A DNA stretch of 64,000 nucleotides, from contig JBPCLP010000021.1 in NCBI GenBank assembly GCA_051003195.1, forward strand, positions 160,001 to 224,000, read 5' to 3'. This stretch comes from Candidatus Sumerlaeaceae bacterium (GTDB taxonomy: Bacteria > Sumerlaeota > Sumerlaeia > Sumerlaeales > Sumerlaeaceae). Shown here one piece after another: positions 8,507 to 17,515 of this stretch. Numbering within the stretch: position 1 is the first letter of the stretch; each line of letters starts with the position of its first letter. Below the pieces are notes generated by a model. That model saw only the letters and a list, made by a program, of their open reading frames with translations, was not told the DNA's origin and did no database searches. A program made the position numbers and the translations under genes.

Positions 8507-11500
8507 CTACTTACCGAAGGCCTCGTGTGCGCCGCCGTGCACAGGCGGTGGGCCGCCCACTAAATCTTCCGGTTCCGGTGGCAACTCGCGTTTGCGCGAT
8601 TTTAACTGTCTCGCCCAGTTGAGCCCCTGGTCGGAAAGACTGTAGAAGCACGGCACTACAAACAGTGTGAGCAGCGTCGAGACCAGCAGGCCTCCAATCA
8701 CGGCGATGTTCATTGGCTGGCGCACTTCATGCCCGATGCCGCTGGCAATGGCCCCTGGGAAAGCGCCCGCAATCATGGCGGCTGTGGTCATTAAAATCGG
8801 TCGCAACCGAACCGGGCAGGCCTCCAGCAAAGCGTCCATCGTGGAGAGACCACGCGCGCGAACCTGGTTTGTATAGTCCACGAGGAGAATGGAATTCTTT
8901 TTCACAATGCCAAGCAGCAGGATAATGCCAATCAATGAGTAGAGGTTAATGGTGATGCCGGTGAGATAAATGGCAAGAAATGCACCCGTTATTGAAAAGG
9001 GGAGAGCCAGCAATACTGAGAATGGATGGATCAGGCTGTTAAACTGGCTGGCGAGTACCATGTACGCCACAGCCAGCCCGAGGACCATGGCAAATATGAG
9101 ACTGCTGAAAGATTCCTGTGCCGCCTGGCTTCCGCCGCTGAACACGATCTTATAGCCGTCGGGCAGCGTCTTCGAAATCCGCTGCACCTCGTTCAATCCT
9201 TCGTGAAGTGAATGGCCAGGAGCAGGGTTTGCAAAAATACTCGTGGCTCGTTCGCGCTGTTTGCGAGTGATGGTCTGCACGCTGGCAGCCACATTAATCG
9301 TGGTGACCTCGGAAAGGGGCAGCAGCCGGCCGTTGCGGTTGCGCACGTACAGGTTTGAAATGTCCTCGGGGCGGAGCCGCTGGTCCTGCAACAGGCGTAC
9401 GCGCACATCGTATCGCCGGCCATTGTCCTTGAACTTTGTGACCCGCTGCCCGCCGATCAGGGAATTCACTGCCTGCGCAATCGCCTGTACATCCACGTCG
9501 TTTGCGAGGGCGCGCTCGCGATTCGGTATCACCTGTATTTCCGGCAAGCCGACTTTGTAGTCTGTATCGATATCGGTCATGACACCGGTATTGCGCATGT
9601 CCGCGATCATCCGATTCGTCGTCTCGCCCAGTGTCTTCCAGTCCGGCCCACGTATGGTGAATTCGATGGGATAGTTTCGACCCGTGCCGGTGAAACCCGA
9701 CTGCGAAAAATCGAACATCGCGACGCGAACACCGGGAAAAATGTTTAAAGCCGGGCGCAGATCTGCCATGATTTTCTGCTGCGTCGGCCGCTTTTCGCGA
9801 TCTGACAGTGTGACGAAAATGATACCGCCATTGAGATCGCGTGCGCCGGCGATTGCAAGCTTGCCGGCTATGCTTGGATTCTGGTCCAGTATGGCTTCGA
9901 GCTTTGCCATTGTGCGGTCCGTGTAATCAATAGAAGATCCCACAGGCGTGGTGAAGTTGATCATAAAAAAGCCCTGATCCCATGCCGGCACAAACTCACT
10001 TTTAACACTTGGGGGAATACGGTCAGCAATCTGCGCGGGGAGCTTCTCGCGAATGTCGTCAATGTGAAATGGAAACCAGAGCGACGCCCCAAAAATGCCG
10101 AAAGAAACCAGCAGAACGGTCCATCGCCAGCGCAGCGCACGGCCCAGCGACCACCTGTAAAATCGCGCAAGTCCCTGGAATGCCGCGCCGACCGTGCGCT
10201 CCACGACGTTGCCACGTTTCTTCACCTTGAGAAATTGCGCACACCGCGCGGGTGCGAGCGTCAGGGCTTCGAGCAGCGAGATCAGCACTGCTGCCGAGAG
10301 TACCACGCCGAACTGGAAGAAAAACTTTCCGATAATGCCAGTCATGAAGGCGACCGGAAGGAAAATTGCGACGATAGCGAGCGACGCAGCCAGTGCAGCG
10401 AACGTGATCTGTTCCGTTCCGCGGCGCGAGGCGGTTACCCGGTCCTCTCCCTCTTCCGCATGGCGATAGATGTTTTCCAAAACCATAATCGCATCATCGA
10501 CAACGATACCAATCGAAAGCGACAGGGCCAGCAGGCTGAACGTGTTGAGCGTAAAGCCCGCGAAATACATAACCGCGAAAGTGCCCATTACAGACACCGG
10601 AATCGCCAGGACCACATTGAACGTGGATGAGAGCGACCCGAGGAAAAGCCAGCACACGACTGCCGTGAGCAGCACCGCGAACAGCAGGTCTCGTTCGATT
10701 TCGTGAATCGCGCTCTCGATAAATTTCGTGTTATCGACGCGGATGTCCAGCGTCATTCCTTCGGGCAACTCTTTGCGTACTTCCACGATGCGTTGGCGAA
10801 CACCTTTGGCGACCTCGACGGCGGAGAACCCGCGCTGCTTTATGATGCCCAGGCCCTGCGCCGGTATTCCATCGGACCGCGCAATACGTGTGCGGTCTTC
10901 GAACCCATCCTCAACCAGAGCCACATCTTTCAAATACACCGGGGAGCCTCTTCGCTCGGCCACCTGCAGGTTGCGCACCTGCTCGAGATTCATCGCCTCG
11001 CCTTCGATGCGTACGTTCGCGATTCGCGTATTCGCATCGATACGCCCGGCCGGCAGCTCGACGTGCTGCCGCTGTATCGCCGTAATCACTTCATCCACGC
11101 CAAGCCCCAGCGCGCGAAGCGCGTCCTGCTTGATCCAGATGCGAACGTTGCGCGCGAGGTAGCCGCCTAGTCGGATATCACCCACGCCCGGCACGGTCAG
11201 CAGACGATCGCGCAGCACATTCTTTGCGTACTCGCTCAATTCCCGAGGGGCGCGCGTTCCCGTCAGCGCCATCCACATAATGGGCTGATCTTCCGGATTT
11301 GTTTTGCTGATGATTGGCGGATCGAGATCCTTCGGCAGAAGCTTGCCAGCCTGGCTGATCTTCGACTGAACATCCTGGAGCGCCTGGTTGATGTTCCGCT
11401 TCAGGTCGAACTCGATCGTGATCGTCGCCTCACCCTGCTTGCAGGTGGAAGAGACTTCCTTGATACCTTCGACAGCCATCACGCTGTCTTCGATAATGTC

Positions 11501-11692
11501 CGCAACATCGGACTCCATGATCTCCGGCGCGGCGCCTTCGAGAGTGGCGCTTACCGTGACAACCGGGAAGTCGACGTCCGGCTTGTCGCTGACACCCAGG
11601 CGCGAAAAACCAATCGCGCCGAACGTGATAAACGCAGCCATGATCATCCATGCAAAAACAGGATGGCGGATGGACACGGAAGCCAGGCTCAC
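8507..11692 (-). CDS. RND efflux permease (AcrB/MdtB-like)
   Basis: 1061 aa; PDVDFPVV, GIVVDDAIMVLENI, GIVKKNSIL, RLRPILMTT proton-relay motifs. Confidence 0.96.
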   Translation of the reverse strand: MSLASVSIRHPVFAWMIMAAFITFGAIGFSRLGVSDKPDVDFPVVTVSATLEGAAPEIMESDVADIIEDSVMAVEGIKEVSSTCKQGEATITIEFDLKRNINQALQDVQSKISQAGKLLPKDLDPPIISKTNPEDQPIMWMALTGTRAPRELSEYAKNVLRDRLLTVPGVGDIRLGGYLARNVRIWIKQDALRALGLGVDEVITAIQRQHVELPAGRIDANTRIANVRIEGEAMNLEQVRNLQVAERRGSPVYLKDVALVEDGFEDRTRIARSDGIPAQGLGIIKQRGFSAVEVAKGVRQRIVEVRKELPEGMTLDIRVDNTKFIESAIHEIERDLLFAVLLTAVVCWLFLGSLSSTFNVVLAIPVSVMGTFAVMYFAGFTLNTFSLLALSLSIGIVVDDAIMVLENIYRHAEEGEDRVTASRRGTEQITFAALAASLAIVAIFLPVAFMTGIIGKFFFQFGVVLSAAVLISLLEALTLAPARCAQFLKVKKRGNVVERTVGAAFQGLARFYRWSLGRALRWRWTVLLVSFGIFGASLWFPFHIDDIREKLPAQIADRIPPSVKSEFVPAWDQGFFMINFTTPVGSSIDYTDRTMAKLEAILDQNPSIAGKLAIAGARDLNGGIIFVTLSDREKRPTQQKIMADLRPALNIFPGVRVAMFDFSQSGFTGTGRNYPIEFTIRGPDWKTLGETTNRMIADMRNTGVMTDIDTDYKVGLPEIQVIPNRERALANDVDVQAIAQAVNSLIGGQRVTKFKDNGRRYDVRVRLLQDQRLRPEDISNLYVRNRNGRLLPLSEVTTINVAASVQTITRKQRERATSIFANPAPGHSLHEGLNEVQRISKTLPDGYKIVFSGGSQAAQESFSSLIFAMVLGLAVAYMVLASQFNSLIHPFSVLLALPFSITGAFLAIYLTGITINLYSLIGIILLLGIVKKNSILLVDYTNQVRARGLSTMDALLEACPVRLRPILMTTAAMIAGAFPGAIASGIGHEVRQPMNIAVIGGLLVSTLLTLFVVPCFYSLSDQGLNWARQLKSRKRELPPEPEDLVGGPPPVHGGAHEAFGK

Positions 11693-11695
11693 CGT

Positions 11696-13063
11696 TTACG
11701 ACCGTTCTTTAGCTGCTGACGTGTGCGGGCCCTCCGCAGTTGCTACGGGCGCGCGTCCGCGATCCGGAATCACCTGCACAGGTACATTATCATGCAGGGA
11801 TTCCATGCCTTCGACAACAAGCGGCTGGCCGGGTTCGAGTCCATCAAGTATCTCAATTGCGTCACCCGAGACCTGCAATCCGGTTTGCACCTTTTTGCGA
11901 ACGGCGATCCCGTCCTGAACAATGAAACTAACCATGCCTGCTTCGGTGGGCAGAACGGAAGCGAGTGGCACAACGATGGCCGAAGATTTCGACTCCTGCA
12001 CAATTCGAATCGATGCGAAGTAGCCAGGGCGCAGCACGCCCTCTCGATTCGGGACACGCGCCCAACATTGGACTTCACGCGTTTCCAGGTCGGCCGTCGC
12101 CGCAACTTCGTACACCGTCGCTTCAAAGGTCCGGCCAGCCTGCGCCGGCACGCCAAACTTTACCTTCATATTGCGGGTAAGATTAGCAGCACGGCTTTCA
12201 GCGACGGTAAACTTCAGCCGAAGGGGATCCGTCTGCACCATCATGGCGGTGGTTGTACCAGGAACCAGGTATTGCCCGTTTGTCACCAGCCGTTGCTGGA
12301 CGACACCCTCGATCGGAGCGCGTATGACGGCGTTTTTCAAGTCGACCTGTGCAATTGCGAGCGCAGCCTGTGCGCTTGCAAGCGCGGTGCGTGCTTCGCC
12401 CACCTCTGCCTGCGCCAGCGCAGTCTTTGTTTGAGCGCTCCCCAGCGAGTCGCGGTAGCTTGTCTGGGCTTGTAGAAATTTGGATTCGTACTGCTTGCGC
12501 TCTTCGGGACTCGTGAACGAGTTTGTTGCCTGCGAGATGCGCCGCCGATACTCAGATTCTGTCAGCTCCAGGTCGAGCTTCGCCTTTGCCACCGTTGCGC
12601 TGCTGTCGCGTACTGCGTCCGCGAGGCCTGCCTCAGCCTTCGCGACTGCCGCGCGCTTCTGCTCGGAGTCGCTCTCGGCGCGCTTTTCCAACAGCTGGTA
12701 GCGGTCGTAATCAATCCGGCACAGCTGCTGCCCCGTCGTAACGCGGTCTCCTTCGGTGAAGTTCACATCCTGCGCTACGCCCGCAACCTGTGCCGGGACA
12801 TGGTAGCGGTTTTCCTCCATGAGGTTGCCGACTGCCTGGATTTCGTACTGCACGGGGCGCGTGTTCACGGGGCTGGTGCGCACAGGAAATTTCCGAGGGC
12901 CTGCCGGTTTCTGGCCGGCTCCTCCGGCAGCCGCTGCAGGGGCGGCCGCGCCCCCACCGGCTTTGCTCGCGGCCTGCTCTTTCACTTGCCGATTGCAACC
13001 GTTCAGCACGAGTACCGCCGCGCAGAATATGCCAATTCCCCTGACCTTCAAGGGCGGGTGCAT
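11696..13063 (-). CDS. RND periplasmic adaptor (membrane fusion lipoprotein)
   Basis: Lipobox-like LNGC, EGDRV lipoyl half, coiled coil, IRAPIEGVV, LRPGYFA. Confidence 0.93.
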   Translation of the reverse strand: MHPPLKVRGIGIFCAAVLVLNGCNRQVKEQAASKAGGGAAAPAAAAGGAGQKPAGPRKFPVRTSPVNTRPVQYEIQAVGNLMEENRYHVPAQVAGVAQDVNFTEGDRVTTGQQLCRIDYDRYQLLEKRAESDSEQKRAAVAKAEAGLADAVRDSSATVAKAKLDLELTESEYRRRISQATNSFTSPEERKQYESKFLQAQTSYRDSLGSAQTKTALAQAEVGEARTALASAQAALAIAQVDLKNAVIRAPIEGVVQQRLVTNGQYLVPGTTTAMMVQTDPLRLKFTVAESRAANLTRNMKVKFGVPAQAGRTFEATVYEVAATADLETREVQCWARVPNREGVLRPGYFASIRIVQESKSSAIVVPLASVLPTEAGMVSFIVQDGIAVRKKVQTGLQVSGDAIEILDGLEPGQPLVVEGMESLHDNVPVQVIPDRGRAPVATAEGPHTSAAKERS

Positions 13064-13518
13064 TCCATGTCTTCAAGTTCGCAGAGAATTTCATGAATCC
13101 GGGTAAACGAATCGATGAGTTCCTCGCGCCTTTCCGGCGGCAGGCGTTCCAGCACTTCCTGGAGCCGCTGTTCGTGGATGCGTTTGAGCTGCGCGAGCGT
13201 CTTGCGGCCCGCTGCAGTCATCGCGATTCGAATAATGCGTCGGTCGTTTTCGTCCTGCTCGCGGCGAACGACGCCCGCACGCACAAGTTTGTCCACCACG
13301 CCCGTGGCGGCAGGTACGGTACAACCCACCAGCTTCGCAATATGGGTCATATTGCACGGGCCTTTTAGTTCGAGGAAATAGAGAATACGCTTCTGTGCGC
13401 CCGTCATTTCGTTAAAGACAGGGTTGCCTGAGGCTGCCAGAAAAATCTGCCCCATGACCCGAAGGAAGACGTAGTTGAGGGATTCGACCTGGCTTATGTC
13501 CGGCTTACGCAAAGACAT
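13048..13518 (-). CDS. MarR-family transcriptional regulator
   Basis: AATGVVDKLVRAGVVRREQDENDRRIIRIAMTAAG winged-helix motif. Confidence 0.93.
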   Translation of the reverse strand: MSLRKPDISQVESLNYVFLRVMGQIFLAASGNPVFNEMTGAQKRILYFLELKGPCNMTHIAKLVGCTVPAATGVVDKLVRAGVVRREQDENDRRIIRIAMTAAGRKTLAQLKRIHEQRLQEVLERLPPERREELIDSFTRIHEILCELEDMECTRP

Positions 13519-13528
13519 CGCAGAAGAT

Positions 13529-13551
13529 AATTGTTAAGGCACTTAAGTATT
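13529..13551. promoter_or_regulatory. Putative MarR operator
   Basis: AAT-N2-TTAAG-GCA-CTTAA-N2-ATT inverted repeat just upstream of the marR start. Confidence 0.6.
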
Positions 13552-13687
13552 CAGAAAAACGCCGGTAAAAGGCCGGTTCAGCTTACTTCTGCTGTCTTTA
13601 TCCTGAAGGCTTTAAGAGCTGGAGCGAATAGTCTACTGCGTAGCCAATAGCCTGAAGCCGGTGCTAACCAGATCGCATAGGATCGAC

Positions 13688-15769
13688 ATGTTTAGATATC
13701 TCAACGCTGGCATATTTCTTTGCGCCTTTTTGTGCCTGCCGTCGGTGTTACAAACCGCTGATTATTATGTCGGTGACACGGGACGGACGGAGAAGCCTGC
13801 GCTGTCTGCCAATGCTGCGGAAATTTCCGCTGGCGATCCAGCATCGACGGGGCCTGCCGCGTCATCTTCCGCAGGCGATCCCCATGAAGCATCTGCAATT
13901 TTCCAGCTGGACCCAAAGGAACTCTACTACCCGGCCGTGGAAACCGCGATCAAGCAGAGTGGCATCGACCAGATTGCTGTGCAGAGTGAAGGAGTGAAGA
14001 CGTCCCTTCGTACATTCGCAGAGATCTCCGTCTCGGCGATTACTGGTCGCAGCCGGTTTAATGATCAGGACCCCGTGTACACAACTCTTGGCATGGTCTA
14101 CCAGAATAAGCTCTGGGTGCGCTCACCTGTCATACCGGTGGAAAGCGCCAGGCTCGCGGAAATCTTTGGCCTGAATCCCAAGGTGCACAACCGCGTGGCT
14201 CCGACATGGGTCATGAAGACGCCCAAGGCGCGAACGCTTGTAATGGGCGTGCTCACGGGCGACGAGTCGTTCTCTGCCGGCTTGGACAAAGACGTGCAGG
14301 ATGCGCTGAAAAAGTTCGCTTTTCGCATGAGCACGTTTTTAAATCTTTCCGGCGAATTTAAGATTGTTCCATTGCCGAACAGCGAGGGGGTGTGGCTGGC
14401 GCCGTCGCACTTCTCTCGTCCTGATCTGCTTCGCGACGAAGACCTGCAGCATCGGGTAAGCACACTTGATCCCAAGGCGGAGCCGTGGGCTTCCACACTT
14501 GCGCTCGATGCTGCTCTCCGAGAGGCGTATGAAGCGCAGAAGCCTGATCAGATTACATCCGCGACGGCGGGGTTCCTTGGCAAGATCACCAGCAACCCTG
14601 AGTATATGAGTAACTTCGTGCGCAGACTGGATTTCTGGAATACTCGCATTAAGCCGTTCCAGAAGGCTGCCTGGATCTACTTTGCAGCCTTTGCCGTGTT
14701 TTTGACCGCCATGGCGATTGCGCGCCGACGCATGCCTCCACCTTCGGACCAGACGCACGCTTTTCCCGATGGGCGGACCGAAGATTATGCCCCGGGCGCG
14801 CGAGAGTACATGGGCAAAGAGCCGAACCCCATTTCGGCATTGATGGCATCGCAGCAGGCCGGGTTCGCGACAAATGTAGCAGGTTTAGATATTCAGACAA
14901 CTGCTGGCAGCTTCGTCCCGGTGAATGCTGGCGAAGCTGCAGCAGATTGGCCGATGCGCGCGAATGCCGGGTTTCACGATCCGATCATTTCGGCTGAGCT
15001 CGAAACCGCGCCTTTGCCAAAGCTCGGGTGGCGGATCGGATTCGGTCTTCAACTCGCCGCCGGGCTGATGCTCATAGCGGCACTGGTTATTCGGTTCATC
15101 CTCGGCGGTCGCATGCCGGTTTCGAATTTCTATGAATCGCTCACGTTCGCAATGGGAGCATTTGCCGTGCTGACGCTTATTTTCGAAGGCATATACCGTC
15201 GCGGCTGGATAGGAATGGGGGCCTGCCTCACCGGCTGGGCACTGATGACCGCGGCCAACGCAATGCCTCTGCACAGCCGTAAGGTTGAGCCACTCGTTGC
15301 TGTACTTAATTCCGTCTGGCTGAACTTCCACGTTACTTCGCTGCTGATCAGCTACAGCTGCTTCCTGCTGGCGTTTGTGTTCGGGATTCTGTACTTCTTC
15401 AAGGAACTGACCGGAAATCGACCAGGTGCCCTTCCCCGAAGCGACGCATTCGAGTACCTTGCATACCGCAGTGTGCAGATCGGCTGGCCGCTGTTGACCC
15501 TGGGAGTGTTTCTGGGCGCGGTATGGGCAAACACGGCCTGGGGTAGCTTCTGGAGCTGGGACCCGAAGGAAACATGGGCACTGATTACGTGGCTTACATA
15601 TACGGTTTATCTACACTTACGTATAAATCTCGGCTGGACCGGCCGCAAGTCCGTGATCGCAGCGATGGTCGGATTTGCCATGGTTTTGTTCACGTATATT
15701 GGCGTGAATTACATACCACAGTTAGCCAGTCCACTGCATTCCTATGCGGCGCCCATTAAGCGCGGCTGA
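13688..15769 (+). CDS. ccsA: Cytochrome c biogenesis protein CcsA/ResC with a large N-terminal extracytoplasmic domain
   Basis: PVSNFYES, WLNFHV, GAVWA..AWGSFWSWDPKETW (WWD domain), C-terminal LHSYA. Confidence 0.9.
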   Translation: MFRYLNAGIFLCAFLCLPSVLQTADYYVGDTGRTEKPALSANAAEISAGDPASTGPAASSSAGDPHEASAIFQLDPKELYYPAVETAIKQSGIDQIAVQSEGVKTSLRTFAEISVSAITGRSRFNDQDPVYTTLGMVYQNKLWVRSPVIPVESARLAEIFGLNPKVHNRVAPTWVMKTPKARTLVMGVLTGDESFSAGLDKDVQDALKKFAFRMSTFLNLSGEFKIVPLPNSEGVWLAPSHFSRPDLLRDEDLQHRVSTLDPKAEPWASTLALDAALREAYEAQKPDQITSATAGFLGKITSNPEYMSNFVRRLDFWNTRIKPFQKAAWIYFAAFAVFLTAMAIARRRMPPPSDQTHAFPDGRTEDYAPGAREYMGKEPNPISALMASQQAGFATNVAGLDIQTTAGSFVPVNAGEAAADWPMRANAGFHDPIISAELETAPLPKLGWRIGFGLQLAAGLMLIAALVIRFILGGRMPVSNFYESLTFAMGAFAVLTLIFEGIYRRGWIGMGACLTGWALMTAANAMPLHSRKVEPLVAVLNSVWLNFHVTSLLISYSCFLLAFVFGILYFFKELTGNRPGALPRSDAFEYLAYRSVQIGWPLLTLGVFLGAVWANTAWGSFWSWDPKETWALITWLTYTVYLHLRINLGWTGRKSVIAAMVGFAMVLFTYIGVNYIPQLASPLHSYAAPIKRG

Positions 15770-15907
15770 GTGGAAAAATCAGGCACGCTGGAAGCGAAGA
15801 TTTTACGTGATAATGCAAAAGCGAGTCGGTACAACCTCCAGCAATATCCGATCGTGGTGGACGCAGCCGCCACGTTCTAGTTGCTCAGGTGGATTCGGAT
15901 GGGTAGG

Positions 15908-16468
15908 ATGATGACGGAAGAAAAAATGGCGGCAGAGCGCGCGCAGGCGCAGGACTCGGTCTGCTTTGCCGAGCTACCGGACGGGCTTGTAGTTGTAAAA
16001 ATCTACGGGCGCGGGACATTCTCCAACAGTGTCGAGCTGAAGCGTCTTGGCGATTACATGTTTGAGCGTGGCGTCAAACCGCACTTCATCATCGATCTCG
16101 ATGCATGCACAACGATGGACTCTACTTTCATGGGCGTGCTCGCCAGCGTGGCACTGCGAGAGAAGCGTGAGCTTGCCGATAATCTCGTGGTTGTGAACGC
16201 GAACCCGCAAAACTACCGCCTCTTACATACACTCGGCCTTGCCCATTTCATGGACGTGCGCACGAGCAATGAATCCGCACCTGACGTGGAGAACGCCCGG
16301 TTTCATACTGCAGAGACCGAAGAGGTGCCTCGGCTGGATCAGATTATCCACATGATCGAAGCACACCAGAGCCTGTGCGACGTGGATTCCGAAAACGAAG
16401 TTCGCTTTAAGAGCGTACTCCAGTGCCTCAGCGACAGCCTCAAGCGCGAGACCGAACAAGACCACTAA
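15908..16468 (+). CDS. STAS-domain anti-sigma factor antagonist
   Basis: IIDLDACTTMDSTFMGVL, LLHTLGL; C-terminal MIEAHQSL extension. Confidence 0.88.
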   Translation: MMTEEKMAAERAQAQDSVCFAELPDGLVVVKIYGRGTFSNSVELKRLGDYMFERGVKPHFIIDLDACTTMDSTFMGVLASVALREKRELADNLVVVNANPQNYRLLHTLGLAHFMDVRTSNESAPDVENARFHTAETEEVPRLDQIIHMIEAHQSLCDVDSENEVRFKSVLQCLSDSLKRETEQDH

Positions 16469-16506
16469 TTTGGCGGATCAGTAGTTCCTCGCCAGGCGTA
16501 ACAGGG
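16469..16506 (+). mobile_element. Degenerate left end of mini-element type A
   Basis: CTAA (stop) | TTTGGCGGATCAGTAGTTCCTCGCCAGGC versus consensus TGTGCCGAATCAGTAGTTCCTTACCAGAC. Confidence 0.6.
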
Positions 16507-16518
16507 TTAAACTTCACA

Positions 16519-17115
16519 TCACATCGCGTTGCTTTTCAGCCTTTCCGGGCTAAATTTTGTAAGCAGATGCTCGAGCACCTGCGCTATGTTGCGTGCATCG
16601 TCGAGACCGCGATGAAGGTTTCCCCGCCCGGCAATTTTGGAAAGTTCCAGCGCATGTGAAAGCTCCGGCGCGAGCGAACAATCCATCAGCGCGGAAAAAG
16701 CGCGCTTAAGGTTGATGTGGGGATCCAGCCGCTCCCAAGGTTCCATCTGATGGAGCAGGCAGTCCATCAGTAGCTGCTTGCGGTCATAAGCTCCCCACGA
16801 TGTAAATGCCGCGGATGGATAGGGCTCTGCCCAGTCCAGGAATTTTCTGAACGCTTCGGGAAAGGTGGGAGCCGAATCCACGTCCTCCTGTCGGATGTGC
16901 GTCAGTTGCTTGCAAAAATCGGATAATTCAGGCCACAACTTCGGACGAACAAAGGACTGGAATTCAGTAACAATGCCCTTCCCCTGCTCGTAAAGGACGG
17001 CTCCAATTTCGATCGTTTCAGTTTGTCCCGGCTGTGTGCCTTTCCAGCACGTGGCCTCCAGATCGACGATCAGGTAAATTTGACTATTCGCCCTGGCTGC
17101 AACTCGTTGTGGCAT
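16519..17115 (-). CDS. DEDDh 3'-5' exonuclease (ERI-1/KapD-like)
   Basis: DLEATC, IEIGAV, LSDFCKQLTHI, SWGAYD, HRGLDDA. Confidence 0.9.
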   Translation of the reverse strand: MPQRVAARANSQIYLIVDLEATCWKGTQPGQTETIEIGAVLYEQGKGIVTEFQSFVRPKLWPELSDFCKQLTHIRQEDVDSAPTFPEAFRKFLDWAEPYPSAAFTSWGAYDRKQLLMDCLLHQMEPWERLDPHINLKRAFSALMDCSLAPELSHALELSKIAGRGNLHRGLDDARNIAQVLEHLLTKFSPERLKSNAM

Positions 17116-17259
17116 ATACTGGAAGTCTTTCTACGGCGTGCAGTTTACCAGATGAGCATGCGGCCGAAATTGCAGACGTCACGTAAAAACAAAAAGCTTG
17201 CGGCACATCGCAGGCCTCGGTCAAATGCGGCCACAAACCTCTTGCTGGGAGCAGACTCA

Positions 17260-17403
17260 ATGACCGCTAAGTTCCTGATCTATCTAGTGCTGCTGTGCAC
17301 GCTCGCTGCATTTTGCCTGGGTGGCTGCAGCATAGCGGGCTCGTGCCTGCAGGGCACTGGCAAAGTATTTAATAGCATGGGAAACAGCGTCAAGAGCCTC
17401 TAA
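17260..17403 (+). CDS. Small entericidin-like lipoprotein (47 aa)
   Basis: MTAKFLIYLVLLCTLAAFCLGGC signal/lipobox, then amphipathic LQGTGKVFNSMGNSVKSL; GGGAG RBS. Confidence 0.6.
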   Translation: MTAKFLIYLVLLCTLAAFCLGGCSIAGSCLQGTGKVFNSMGNSVKSL

Positions 17404-17515
17404 CGAGGTCCATGCAGGGCAACAGGCACTAAGCGCTTCTTTGCAGTAGAATCCGCCTTTCCACTCTGGCCCGAAGATCGCAACAACCTTGGCAAATTCA
17501 GTCCGAGGCGGCGCA

